NCBI GenBank assembly: GCA_018826905.1
Contig: JAHJYC010000002.1
Span: 14,786 to 78,785, forward strand
Reading direction: 5' to 3'
DNA from: Patescibacteria group bacterium
GTDB lineage: Bacteria > Patescibacteriota > Minisyncoccia > Phycocordibacterales > Phycocordibacteraceae
Length of the DNA: 64,000 nt
Shown here: positions 1-9,157 of the stretch, in pieces
Position numbering within the stretch: position 1 is the first letter of the stretch
Layout: each line of letters begins with the position of its first letter
Notes under the pieces: generated by a model
Database searches by the model: none
What the model saw: the letters and a program-made list of their open reading frames with translations, nothing else
What the model was told of the DNA's origin: nothing
Position numbers and translations under genes: made by a program

Positions 1-1
1 T

Positions 2-445
2 TCATTCGCCGTTATGTTTGGCTTCCAGCGCCAGAACAAGCTTACCGGTTCAGCTGAGCAGATTCAGTACATCATGCGAGACGAGAGCCAGCACTTGAAT
101 TTCGGTATTAACATGATTAATGCCATTAAGCAGGAGCAGCCTGAGTTGTGGACTCCAGAGTTCCAGCAGCGCATTGTTGACCTTGTGAAGCGTGCCGTGG
201 TGCTTGAGTACACCTTTGCTACAGAAGTGTTCCCTAAGGGAATCTTCGGTATGAATGCTGCTGGGTTCAAGCAGTATATTGAGCACATTGCAGATCGTAG
301 ACTTGCATCGGTAGGACTCCCAGCTCAGTACAATGTAGAGAACCCATTCCCATGGATGGGAGAAGCAGTGGACCTCAACAAAGAGAAGAACTTCTTTGAG
401 ACTCGTGTAACAGAGTACAAGACAGGAGGGCAGTTGAGTTGGTAA
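2..445 (+). CDS. Ribonucleotide reductase small (R2/beta) subunit, C-terminal fragment (5' end outside window)
   Basis: Frame is open from window start; translation ...IMRDESQHLNFGINMINAIKQEQPELW...FPWMGEAVDLNKEKNFFETRVTEY resembles the conserved C-terminal ferritin-like region of class I RNR R2. Confidence 0.75.
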   Translation, partial: SFAVMFGFQRQNKLTGSAEQIQYIMRDESQHLNFGINMINAIKQEQPELWTPEFQQRIVDLVKRAVVLEYTFATEVFPKGIFGMNAAGFKQYIEHIADRRLASVGLPAQYNVENPFPWMGEAVDLNKEKNFFETRVTEYKTGGQLSW

Positions 446-548
446 AAGGGCTGATACAAAAAGGACTCTGCATATTCAGCAGAGTCCTTTTTGTATATGA
501 AGAAACCCCGCAAGAGAGCAGGGCTCTCCACGGGGTTGGTTGCGGGCT

Positions 549-758
549 CTAGTCAGCGTCGGGAAGAAACCTCTCGACCTGTCTCTCAACAAAGGTCACC
601 AGGGAGATCGCGACGATCATCCCCAGAAGGCCTGCCCAGAGCGAACCGGAAAGTTCGCCGACAAGAAGGCCGCAAGCGACTATCCCGCCCATAATGATCC
701 ACAACTCTGCCTTCATTGGATCATGCGACGAGGATTTGGTAACTGATTCGGTCATCGT
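549..758 (-). CDS. Small hypothetical membrane protein (start taken at internal Met, MTESVTK...)
   Basis: ORF has one hydrophobic TM stretch (IIMGGIVACGLLVGELSGSLWAGLLGMIVAISLV); no recognisable family. Confidence 0.35.
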   Translation of the reverse strand, partial: TMTESVTKSSSHDPMKAELWIIMGGIVACGLLVGELSGSLWAGLLGMIVAISLVTFVERQVERFLPDAD

Positions 759-838
759 GTTCTCTCGCTGTTCGCAGCTGTGCTGCAAGGACTGTACTAA
801 TGCAATGTATAGCATATACATTGCATTATGTCAAGTTT

Positions 839-1141
839 CTATTTCTTCCCCCATCTCCACTCTGGCTTCTCTCCAAACCGGGTACAAACCCTAAAGAGGG
901 AATAGGAGAGGAGTGCGAGTACGATAAGGAACTCAAGGACCCCAAATACTGCTTCCCGTAGGTCTGCATTAGCCTCAACAGCAGCCCCAGCCCATGCACC
1001 GAAGATAAGGACGGTGGAGGTGAAAGCAATCGCGTACAGGGCAGTTATTACCCAGCCTTGCCAGGTAATAGGGTACCAACCGTACCCATAATCTTTGGCA
1101 CGAAACCAGAGTTTTCTTTCTTTCCTTGTTGCCTTGCTCAT
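839..1141 (-). CDS. Hypothetical membrane protein (2 TM)
   Basis: 100-aa ORF with two hydrophobic segments; Trp/Tyr-rich N-terminus; no family assignment. Confidence 0.45.
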   Translation of the reverse strand: MSKATRKERKLWFRAKDYGYGWYPITWQGWVITALYAIAFTSTVLIFGAWAGAAVEANADLREAVFGVLEFLIVLALLSYSLFRVCTRFGEKPEWRWGKK

Positions 1142-1241
1142 GGTCTGATCATACAGTATTTAGGCCATATTTCCACTCTTTTCGTCTCTTGACTTCCTAA
1201 AATGAGGGGACCCTAAACATGAAGAAATTGCTTCACAGCTC

Positions 1242-1919
1242 TTGACAAGCCTTGTCAAGTCTGCTACTATGGCCCTGTTAGGCCGTCCTTCGGGTCGGCT
1301 TTCATTTATGCCAGTAATTGCAGTAGTAGCCCTTATGGGCTTCTTGTTTTTACCGGGTAGCGCAGGCGCGCCGGCACATGCAGAGACGATTTCTGCGCCG
1401 GTAGTTGCTAGCGGGGAGGCTGAAGAGCCTTCTAAACGCCTGGCAACCTCTCTGGAGGTTGCCCAGACCTACACGGTAAGTATGACCGCTTATAATGCCG
1501 TCCCGGCGCAAACGGATGCCAACCCATTCGTGACCGCCAGCGGCTTAGCCTCTAACCCAGAGGTAGTGGTTGCTCGTTCACGCGACATGGCTGCCGAACT
1601 TCCGTTCGGTACAGTGATTCTCCTAGAACGCTCAGCGAAGGACACTCCTTCGTGTAGGTTCACTGAAGTTGAACATCTTATTGGATACCGTGTTGTTGCA
1701 GATACTATGCACCAACGATGGGTACACAAGATTGATGTGTTGTTCCCTACGCACGATACTGTCTCAGTAAACGGACGTGAGGTGAACCCTGCAATCGCAC
1801 TTGGTGTGTGTGGTCAGGTAACAGCAACAGTAGTCGGACGCCTTGATCTTAAGGATGTTCCTGCAACTCAAGCAGAACTTGCTGCTATGTTCAGCGCTCC
1901 TTCACTTGCTCTAAGATAA
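1242..1919 (+). CDS. Secreted 3D-domain (MltA/YuiC-like) cell-wall-binding protein
   Basis: N-terminal hydrophobic signal/anchor (alternative start at 1308, MPVIAVVALMGFLF), then TAYNAVPAQTDANPFVTASG and downstream D-rich segments typical of 3D domains. Confidence 0.55.
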   Translation: MTSLVKSATMALLGRPSGRLSFMPVIAVVALMGFLFLPGSAGAPAHAETISAPVVASGEAEEPSKRLATSLEVAQTYTVSMTAYNAVPAQTDANPFVTASGLASNPEVVVARSRDMAAELPFGTVILLERSAKDTPSCRFTEVEHLIGYRVVADTMHQRWVHKIDVLFPTHDTVSVNGREVNPAIALGVCGQVTATVVGRLDLKDVPATQAELAAMFSAPSLALR

Positions 1920-2006
1920 AATAGAATTTCTCCACAGTTTTCATGAAGACCCGCACTCCTGTAAGGACGCGGGTCTTCGTACGTTTGTTATAGTAGCTAC
2001 ATACAT

Positions 2007-3263
2007 ATGAACAGAAACACTCTTATCTCTGCGACACTCCTTGCTGTATTTGCATCAAGTACTGTGTTGCCAGCGACAACACTCGCCGCAACAGCAAAGA
2101 AGGCAAGCACTACGCCACTTGAAATCTCTGGATGGATTCCCTACTGGAGAACAGAGGCAGGCACAAAAGATGCGAAAGCACATCTCTCTCAGTTGACGGA
2201 GGTTAATCCGTTTGGCTACACAGTTAAACTAGACGGCTCCTTACACGACGCCATGAGGATCGGAGGAAGCGACTGGAAGAGTCTTATAAAAGAGGCAAAG
2301 AAGAAAAGGGTACGTGTAGTACCTACAATTATGTGGAGCGACACTAACTCAATCCACTCAATACTTTCAGACCCCAAGAAGCGTGCCACTCACGTTGCTG
2401 GCATTGTGAAGATGGTCAAAGACAACAACTTTGATGGAGTTGATATTGACTACGAGGGCAAGCTTGCAGAGACTCGCCCCTACTACACTCTTTTCCTAAA
2501 GGAGCTTTCTGAAGAGCTGAGTAAGAAGAAGGCTAACAAGTGGCTTATGTGTACCATTGAGGCACGTATGCCGCTGGAATCTCGCTACGTAGGTACACCA
2601 CCTCCAGGTATTGAGTATGCGAATGATCTCCCAGAGATAAACAAGTACTGCGATCGCGTGCGCATTATGACCTATGATCAGCAAACAGCAGATGTTCGCC
2701 TTAACAAAGAAGCGAGAGCTGCAGGAGAATTCTATGCACCGGTAGCAGACAAGAAGTGGGTAGAGTGGGTTATTGAGTACATGGCTAAGGATATAGATAA
2801 GAAAAAGATGGTCATTGGTATAGCAACCTATGGCTATATCTACCAGCTCATGCCACACACGGATGGTTCAGGATACACCTATACAAAGCTGGAAGCTTTT
2901 AACCCGGGCTACGCTGTTGAACTTGCGAAGCAATACGGCATAACGCCAACAAGAAACCGTGCAGGAGAACTTTCTTTCACCTACGTGCCAAAGGAACAAA
3001 CAGCATTGCTTCCAACGCAAAGCGCACTCGCTGCACTCGCTCCTCGTGGAACAACGTCAGCAAACCTTGCGGCAGCAGGTGCAATCGCTCTAGCTAAATC
3101 AAAGGCAAGACAAGCGCCAGTACAGATGCTGTGGTGGAGTGATGCCTCCGCTATTGGAGACAAAGTAGATCTAGCACGAAAGCTCGGTGTGAAAGGAGTA
3201 GCCGTCTTTAAGATTGACGGAGGCTCTGATCCTAAGATGTGGGACGTTTTAAAGAAGAAATAG
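2007..3263 (+). CDS. Glycoside hydrolase family 18-like (chitinase/peptidoglycan hydrolase-like) secreted protein
   Basis: Signal peptide; GH18 catalytic motif FDGVDIDYEG (DGxDxDxE); length 418 aa. Confidence 0.75.
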   Translation: MNRNTLISATLLAVFASSTVLPATTLAATAKKASTTPLEISGWIPYWRTEAGTKDAKAHLSQLTEVNPFGYTVKLDGSLHDAMRIGGSDWKSLIKEAKKKRVRVVPTIMWSDTNSIHSILSDPKKRATHVAGIVKMVKDNNFDGVDIDYEGKLAETRPYYTLFLKELSEELSKKKANKWLMCTIEARMPLESRYVGTPPPGIEYANDLPEINKYCDRVRIMTYDQQTADVRLNKEARAAGEFYAPVADKKWVEWVIEYMAKDIDKKKMVIGIATYGYIYQLMPHTDGSGYTYTKLEAFNPGYAVELAKQYGITPTRNRAGELSFTYVPKEQTALLPTQSALAALAPRGTTSANLAAAGAIALAKSKARQAPVQMLWWSDASAIGDKVDLARKLGVKGVAVFKIDGGSDPKMWDVLKKK

Positions 3264-3271
3264 TGTAAAAG

Positions 3272-3300
3272 AAAAGACCCGCGAGAGCGGGTCTTTTCTT
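3272..3300. terminator. Bidirectional rho-independent terminator
   Basis: Hairpin agacccgc-gaga-gcgggtct flanked by A-run and T-run, between convergent genes. Confidence 0.7.
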
Positions 3301-3637
3301 AGTTGCCCTCAATATTTTCTTCTTTGAAAGAATCAATGAGATCTAAATAGGCAACAAACACAGCAGGGTTGGTTCGCCACATGGCTTCAGTACTGTTGTT
3401 GATTGCTTGTATGGCGTGGCCCGGCGCATGACTAGATACAAGCATCTTTGCCTCCTTTATAGACTGATCGTTCAAAAGAGACATATCACCTGAGCGGGCA
3501 ATCTCGTCTATGGTGTTTCGTAATGTACGCTCCTTACCCACATCAAGTAACACTGGCCCTGTCTCGTGCTTGAGGGACGTAGTATCTGGCGCTTCATTAT
3601 CATTTGCTGCCTTTGGGGGAGGTCCTTCTGTAAACAT
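3299..3637 (-). CDS. Hypothetical protein
   Basis: 112-aa ORF, hydrophilic, no recognised motif. Confidence 0.4.
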   Translation of the reverse strand: MFTEGPPPKAANDNEAPDTTSLKHETGPVLLDVGKERTLRNTIDEIARSGDMSLLNDQSIKEAKMLVSSHAPGHAIQAINNSTEAMWRTNPAVFVAYLDLIDSFKEENIEGN

Positions 3638-3661
3638 ATACGGATACTATATCATCACTGT

Positions 3662-4534
3662 TTAATCAAAAATATCAGCCAAATACTCATCAATTTCTCT
3701 CTGGTCTAGGTCATAGAAATACTTCTCATCTCGGTGCAGTTGTCGCGCGAGGTCCTTTCCAACAAAGCGCCAGTGCCACGGCTCGTATTGGTAGTATGCG
3801 TTTCCTTTAGGGTAGGAGAGTACGAACCCATATCTCCAAGCGTTTTCAGTAAGCCACTTGAATGCCTCTGTCTGGTCAAATCCAGTGAAGGTAGCACCAA
3901 CTGCTGGAGTTGTTATATCAACCGTTGTACCTAACTGGTGTTCTGAATACCCCTGGTCTGCAGAGAATGTGTTCGCGCCTGATCCATACGTAACGCGATA
4001 GCTATTCTTTAGTGCTGTCTGTGTTCCAAAAGAGCGGTATGCAGAGATAATCAATAGAGAGATATCGTCCTCCTTAGCGGCATCCAATAATTCTTCTAGG
4101 TGTGGTTGTACAGCCGCATGGAGTGTGAGGAGACGATCTTTTTGATACAGGTACTCTTCTGGAATAGGGGAGAGTGCTGGAGGAGAGTAGTTCTCGTTAA
4201 GAAAAAATACTTTGGAATACTTTGCGAGGAGTTCCGGGTCTGTTTTTGCGAGTTTCTCCAGGACTCCCACAGTTCCGGAGATTTTTGCTATCTGATTCTC
4301 AAATACACTGTTTTTGTTCCGTTCGTTTGAAAGTGCTTCTTCTAGGCGCGCAATATACTCTTTTGCTTCTGAGAGTTGCTTAGAAAGAGTGCCTGACTGA
4401 GCCGTCTCTTCTTGGAGAGCTTGTTTAGAGTCGCTTAAATCAGCGGAGAGCGTGGTGTACACATAAGCGCCATATACAGACGCTCCAAGAACGAGAACAC
4501 CTGTCACTGCTAGAAGTATTCCCGTTCGTCCCAT
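3662..4534 (-). CDS. D-alanyl-D-alanine carboxypeptidase, VanY / peptidase M15B family, with N-terminal membrane anchor and coiled coil
   Basis: Start placed at MGRTGILLAVTGVLVLGAS (TM); C-terminal SAYRSFGTQ...HQLGTTVDI...YEPWHWRFVG matches the VanY/M15 zinc-binding fold (H..D, H motifs). Confidence 0.8.
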   Translation of the reverse strand: MGRTGILLAVTGVLVLGASVYGAYVYTTLSADLSDSKQALQEETAQSGTLSKQLSEAKEYIARLEEALSNERNKNSVFENQIAKISGTVGVLEKLAKTDPELLAKYSKVFFLNENYSPPALSPIPEEYLYQKDRLLTLHAAVQPHLEELLDAAKEDDISLLIISAYRSFGTQTALKNSYRVTYGSGANTFSADQGYSEHQLGTTVDITTPAVGATFTGFDQTEAFKWLTENAWRYGFVLSYPKGNAYYQYEPWHWRFVGKDLARQLHRDEKYFYDLDQREIDEYLADIFD

Positions 4535-4560
4535 AGCCCTATTGTTACATATCCCCAGAA

Positions 4561-5019
4561 ATGAGGCGACTTGATGGAAGTCCGGAATACAGTACGATAC
4601 GAGCACCTATGCCACAGAATAAATTTGTTCCGGGAAACTGGAAGCTTCTCGTTAAACGTTCCTCAACGGGACTCGGTCTTTTTGCCGGAGAGGCTATTCC
4701 TAAAGGAGCGTGTGTTATTGAGTACGTGGGGCGCACCATCTCTAACGAGGAGGCACTCACTAGCAAGAGTAAGTACCTATTTGAAATAAGTAAGAAAAAA
4801 ACGATTGATGGGAAGCCAAAAAACAATAAGGCAGGGTACATAAATCACGCATGTACACCAAACTGCGAGACGGAAATACACAAAGGCCGAGTCTTTGTGC
4901 TCACGCTTCGCGCCATCAAGGAAGGAGAGCAGCTAACGTATGACTACGGGAAAGAGTATGTAGATGAGTTTATAAAACCTTTCGGTTGCAAGTGCGATTC
5001 TTGTCTTAAGAAAGCGTAG
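4561..5019 (+). CDS. SET-domain protein (putative protein lysine methyltransferase)
   Basis: GLGLFAGEAIPKGACVIEYVG (GxG), YLFEI, NHACTPNCE (NHSCxPN), GEQLTYDYG (ELxxDY) and post-SET CKCDSC; alternative start 4609 (MPQNKF). Confidence 0.8.
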   Translation: MRRLDGSPEYSTIRAPMPQNKFVPGNWKLLVKRSSTGLGLFAGEAIPKGACVIEYVGRTISNEEALTSKSKYLFEISKKKTIDGKPKNNKAGYINHACTPNCETEIHKGRVFVLTLRAIKEGEQLTYDYGKEYVDEFIKPFGCKCDSCLKKA

Positions 5020-5527
5020 CGTACGCTCCGTTCCAATACGCAGTTGGATCAAATGTATTATTTGCATCGTTGCGATCATAGTCTCTGTATCCTAGAAGTC
5101 CTTTTTTAACGCGCTTAGGTGCGATATGAACATGAGGGCCAGTGCTTTTTCCTGTACTGCCTCCATACGCAAGCACGGCCCCTACACCAAGGCGCATTCC
5201 TTTTCGTACAGGAGTTCCAGACAAATGCATAAAGGATAGCTCTACTCTTGTGCGTGCACCGTCAGGGAAATCATATTGAGCGTTTGATAGGACACATACA
5301 AACAGACCAGATCCTTTGGGATGGTTGCCAACGAGAGTAACGGTGCAATCAAACGGTGCACGAATCTCCTGGCCAACTGAAAGTGCGAGATCTACACCAT
5401 TGTGCTTTTTGAATCCAAACTCTGCATACAGTTCGTCTTCAACACCCCATCCCCTTGTAACAGTGTGTGGAGAGACAGGATAAAAGAGTGAAAGTGGCGT
5501 CATGAATAAAGCATACCAAGCGTTCAT
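5006..5527 (-). CDS. M23 family metallopeptidase (LytM-like peptidoglycan endopeptidase)
   Basis: HNGVDLA...D and STGPHVHI motifs (HxxxD / HxH zinc ligands). Confidence 0.85.
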   Translation of the reverse strand: MNAWYALFMTPLSLFYPVSPHTVTRGWGVEDELYAEFGFKKHNGVDLALSVGQEIRAPFDCTVTLVGNHPKGSGLFVCVLSNAQYDFPDGARTRVELSFMHLSGTPVRKGMRLGVGAVLAYGGSTGKSTGPHVHIAPKRVKKGLLGYRDYDRNDANNTFDPTAYWNGAYATLS

Positions 5528-5551
5528 GAGGTCTTCACTACTTTTCTGTCA

Positions 5552-5935
5552 TTGTCTGCGTATAGCACTAATCTCACATCTATGGACTCATACGCTGCAC
5601 GAAGCACAAAACCCCTTTACAGAGGCACACAGGCAGTCTGGTACCTCCTTGGGCTGCTTGAGGCACTCCTAGCGTTTCGTTTTGTGCTTAAACTTCTCGG
5701 TGCAAACCCTGGAGCAGGATTCACTGACTTTATCTATTCAGTGACATATCCATTTACGCTCCCATTCTCAACAGTCTTTGGTGTCTCACAAGTTGCAGGA
5801 AATGTGTTTGAGTGGACGACACTCCTTGCAATGGTGGTGTACTGGCTTATAGCTATTGGTCTGCTGAAGCTTCTTCTTATGGGGAAGTCAGTATCAACGC
5901 CAGAGGCAGCCGCAAAGCTAGAGGCTTCAGAATAA
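5552..5935 (+). CDS. yggT: YggT family membrane protein
   Basis: FRFVLKLLGANP...FIYSVTYPFTLPF pattern typical of YggT/Ycf19; immediately upstream of a DUF167/YggU gene. Confidence 0.65.
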   Translation: MSAYSTNLTSMDSYAARSTKPLYRGTQAVWYLLGLLEALLAFRFVLKLLGANPGAGFTDFIYSVTYPFTLPFSTVFGVSQVAGNVFEWTTLLAMVVYWLIAIGLLKLLLMGKSVSTPEAAAKLEASE

Positions 5936-5981
5936 TCAGCATATTCGCCTAGAAATGCGGAACTCGGTATACTGAAGATAT

Positions 5982-6488
5982 ATGATGATCCGCTCCAGTC
6001 ACTTCTTTATTCTTGTTACTATATCGCTCGTATTCCTTGCGGCAGGCCTGTACTACGCATTCGTGGTGATGGCCCCTGCGCAGGTCGCAGTGCCTGTAGA
6101 GGAAGTAGTCCCTTCAACTGAAATAGCGGATGGAGAGTACTTCGTTACGGTTGTCTCTGTTATTGAAAGCACTGGGGAGACGCAGCTCTCTATGGAGCAC
6201 GTAACTTATTTTGAAGGAGAGGCAGCAGCTTCTTCCGCTGAAGCTGAGGTTGAGTGTGGTGCTGCTATTGAAACTTGCGTCCCTACGCTTGAAGAGGGGT
6301 ATTACGTTCGTCCAAGTGGCGCTCCTTCATTCAAGGCAACACTGCAGCCTGAAACAACGTATGCGCTCCTTGATCCTAACGAGCCAACACTTGCTGCGCT
6401 CAAGAAGCTATTGTTCTCAAGTGATCCGGTGTTTGTTGTAACGGTAAAGGAGGGAGAGATAACGCGAGTAGTACAAAAAACTTCCTAG
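5982..6488 (+). CDS. Hypothetical membrane-anchored protein
   Basis: N-terminal TM, acidic ectodomain; no family. Confidence 0.5.
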   Translation: MMIRSSHFFILVTISLVFLAAGLYYAFVVMAPAQVAVPVEEVVPSTEIADGEYFVTVVSVIESTGETQLSMEHVTYFEGEAAASSAEAEVECGAAIETCVPTLEEGYYVRPSGAPSFKATLQPETTYALLDPNEPTLAALKKLLFSSDPVFVVTVKEGEITRVVQKTS

Positions 6489-6709
6489 TGTATATTCACG
6501 CACGAGTAACGGCTGGAGTTCGTAAGGAAAGCTTTGAAGAAGTCTCTCCTGATCACTTTCTTATCTCAGTACGAGAGAAACCTGAACGAAACGAAGCAAA
6601 TAGAGCAGTCTGCGAGCGTATTGCGCTCCATTTTAAAGTTCCCCCGTCAAAGGTACAGATTGTAAATGGACATCAAAGTCCATCAAAACTTCTCTCAGTG
6701 CGTCTTTAA
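6488..6709 (+). CDS. yggU: DUF167 (YggU-like) protein
   Basis: 73 aa; ...ISVREKPERNEANRAVCERIALHFKVPPSKVQIVNGHQSPSKLL fits DUF167 consensus (V.A.P..GKAN..L...L...V....V.I..G..S..K). Confidence 0.65.
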   Translation: MYIHARVTAGVRKESFEEVSPDHFLISVREKPERNEANRAVCERIALHFKVPPSKVQIVNGHQSPSKLLSVRL

Positions 6710-6957
6710 GAAACGCGAGTGTGCGCTGGAAGCCAGTCCATCACTTTCTTGCGATGCTGGTCTAGGGACCAGGTACGCACCTGCTTAAAGAGGGCAGTGT
6801 TTTGCTTCTTGAATTCTACAAGAAGTTCAGCGGTTGCCTTCGGGAACTGTTCTGGCAGATCCTCGTTATATGCTTCAAGAAAAGCGGGCATGCTGAGCTG
6901 TTTTTCACAGCGAATACGATCAACGTCAGGAGACCTCATTACTTCGTACAGTACCAT
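6706..6957 (-). CDS. Hypothetical protein
   Basis: 83-aa hydrophilic ORF convergent with yggU; overlapping opposite-strand ORFs judged spurious. Confidence 0.35.
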   Translation of the reverse strand: MVLYEVMRSPDVDRIRCEKQLSMPAFLEAYNEDLPEQFPKATAELLVEFKKQNTALFKQVRTWSLDQHRKKVMDWLPAHTRVS

Positions 6958-6981
6958 AAATTGGTGCTGAGCGCAAGAAAC

Positions 6982-7012
6982 ACAACAGACGCCCAGTGGG
7001 CGTCTGTTGTGT
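6982..7012. terminator. Bidirectional terminator hairpin
   Basis: acaacagacgccc-agt-gggcgtctgttgt perfect 13-bp stem. Confidence 0.6.
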
Positions 7013-7016
7013 TGGC

Positions 7017-7124
7017 CTATTTGCCTGCCTCCTTCCTCGCTTTCTTGATTGCAAGACGTTTTGCCGTCTTTTGTGGGTGCTTCCGAGGTTTCTTCGGACT
7101 CACGCCGTGACTGTTTGCTGCCAT
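7017..7124 (-). CDS. Small very basic peptide (35 aa), possible ribosome-associated/nucleic-acid-binding protein
   Basis: ATG..TAG ORF MAANSHGVSPKKPRKHPQKTAKRLAIKKARKEAGK lies just outside the terminator hairpin; pI very high; below ORF-track size cutoff. Confidence 0.3.
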   Translation of the reverse strand: MAANSHGVSPKKPRKHPQKTAKRLAIKKARKEAGK

Positions 7125-7231
7125 ATATGATGCGTACTAGTAATGATACCTACACGATACTACGCATTTGAATAAATTGCTCGGATTTGTGAGGCACCCC
7201 GCTTTAGATATGTGGATGGTAGGATATTCGT

Positions 7232-7978
7232 ATGTCAGAGAAGCATTCACAGAAGTGGAAGAGTGCTGAGTCAGAGCCACTTCCTGTACCCATTCTTGTT
7301 ACAGGGATTGATGAGATAAGGGAATACACAAAGTACGCAGATTCTGTATTTGGTGTGGACGAATCTGATCCCACGCTTGAGCGATGGACTCCAGAGTACA
7401 TTGCGACACACACTGATACTGTGGGACTGTTTGTTGCGTATGGATCAGATAAAGAAATAAAGGGCGGAGGGCTAGTTACCATCCTTTCAAAGGCGGAAGC
7501 GCTAGAAAAGCTTTTTAATCAGTCTTATCTCACAAAAGAAAAAATTGCTATTTTTGAATACCAAGTAGTGAGGGAGGAGGATAGACGCAAGGGTCTTGCA
7601 AGAGAGCTTACAGAAAAGCGCCTACAATGGGCACGTGAACACGGAGCTACTCTTGCTCTTTCAGAGATAGAAACAGTGAATCCTATCTCTGCGCATGCAA
7701 AAACCCGAGAAGGGTTTGTATTTATTGGAATACAAAGTGACGAATATAGTGATGCGCCTCTTCTAGTTGCAGTAAAACCACTCGTAGAGGCAGAGGTCTT
7801 TGGAGAAAGTATCAAAAATACAACACCGATATACGAGCACGTAGTAATGAGTGTAAAAGAAGATTCGCACAGCGAACTAGACGCTTTGTTTAGAGAGGGA
7901 TGGATAGGAATTGATGCACAGGTCGGAGAATCCGAGGAAGAGATTGTGCTCACACTGCGAAGAGCAAAGCTCTCCTAG
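7232..7978 (+). CDS. GNAT-like acetyltransferase-fold protein (hypothetical)
   Basis: YQVVREEDRRKGLARELTEKRLQWAREHGA resembles GNAT motif A (Q/RxxGxG/A). Confidence 0.5.
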   Translation: MSEKHSQKWKSAESEPLPVPILVTGIDEIREYTKYADSVFGVDESDPTLERWTPEYIATHTDTVGLFVAYGSDKEIKGGGLVTILSKAEALEKLFNQSYLTKEKIAIFEYQVVREEDRRKGLARELTEKRLQWAREHGATLALSEIETVNPISAHAKTREGFVFIGIQSDEYSDAPLLVAVKPLVEAEVFGESIKNTTPIYEHVVMSVKEDSHSELDALFREGWIGIDAQVGESEEEIVLTLRRAKLS

Positions 7979-7980
7979 TT

Positions 7981-8334
7981 CTATAGGTGCGTCTCTAGTG
8001 ATTTCTTCAATTCTTCCACGCCCACAGGCTTTGTTATGTGTGCCGTAAATCCTGCTGCGAGGGCTTTATCTACATCTTCCTTTTGTCCGTATCCGGTTAA
8101 CGCTATTGCAGGGAACTCATGTCCTGCTGCCCGAAGAGCTACTACCGTTGCGTGCCCGTCCATATCAGGCATTCCAATATCAATGAATGCGAGTGCAGTT
8201 GAGTTGTCTTTTACGTACTCAAGTGCTTCCTTGCCTGAATACTGAGCTGAAGCACTCCATCCAAGTACCTTTAGAAGACGGACAATACCGTCTGCTGCAG
8301 CGTGATTATCGTCTACGATGAGTATATGCTTCAT
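7981..8334 (-). CDS. Single-domain response regulator (CheY-like receiver)
   Basis: ILIVDDN...FIDIGMPDMDG...KP receiver signature (DD, phospho-acceptor D, K); overlaps upstream IMPase gene by 4 nt (ATGA). Confidence 0.85.
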   Translation of the reverse strand: MKHILIVDDNHAAADGIVRLLKVLGWSASAQYSGKEALEYVKDNSTALAFIDIGMPDMDGHATVVALRAAGHEFPAIALTGYGQKEDVDKALAAGFTAHITKPVGVEELKKSLETHL

Positions 8335-9098
8335 ACAGAAGGAGCTATAAGCGTAAGCAATTTTTCATGAAATTCTGGTGTACAGGAAGACACCAGTCCT
8401 GTTGTATCTACATCGTATCGCTGTGTATTGCCATGAATGTCTGAGGTAGTGCCTCCAGCCTCGTCCACAATAATCTTCGCAGCAGCTGCGTCCCACGGAC
8501 TTGTGCGGGGGAACACCACGCCTTGAATTTGTCCGGTCGCAACAAGCATATGCGCGTACACGGTTGAACTGAATGAGAGAAAACGTACGTTAGCTGCAAG
8601 TGCTCGCTCAAAGAAAGAAAGATTCTTAAATCCGCTATGTCCGTCTGTTTCAATATAGCTATGTGCAAGCTCTGTATTCTCAGCACTTAAGATTGGTGCT
8701 CCGTTCATGAATGCGCCCCCGCCTTTAATTGCAGTGTAGAGCCGATCCAGGTGTGGGTCGTATACCACACCAACCTGCGGCTCTCCCTCAACAACAAGCG
8801 CGAGAGAGAAGACGCTAATAGGGATCCCTCGCATGAATGCAGCGGTGCCGTCTATTGGGTCACACACCCAGGTATGTTCTCCTGTCTGCATCTCTCGTCC
8901 TTCTTCTCCAAGTACACTGTGCGTAGGAAAAGCCTGTTTGATGCGCGTAATAACAAGCTCATTTATTCGGCGATCTGCATCAGTAACAGGGGAGTGATCA
9001 CTTTTAACAGTGTGAGCTACCCCCTGTGCAAACACCTCTTTCATTATGGCGCCTGCTTCGCGGGCGACTATAGTAGCTACCTCTAGATACTGTTGCAT
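8331..9098 (-). CDS. Inositol monophosphatase family protein (SuhB/IMPase-like)
   Basis: HSVLGEEG...WVCDPIDGTAAF metal-binding motifs. Confidence 0.85.
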   Translation of the reverse strand: MQQYLEVATIVAREAGAIMKEVFAQGVAHTVKSDHSPVTDADRRINELVITRIKQAFPTHSVLGEEGREMQTGEHTWVCDPIDGTAAFMRGIPISVFSLALVVEGEPQVGVVYDPHLDRLYTAIKGGGAFMNGAPILSAENTELAHSYIETDGHSGFKNLSFFERALAANVRFLSFSSTVYAHMLVATGQIQGVVFPRTSPWDAAAAKIIVDEAGGTTSDIHGNTQRYDVDTTGLVSSCTPEFHEKLLTLIAPSV

Positions 9099-9157
9099 TT
9101 AGACTAAGTATACCAAAACAAAAAAGTATAGAAAAACAGACGCGGATGAGGCGTCTG

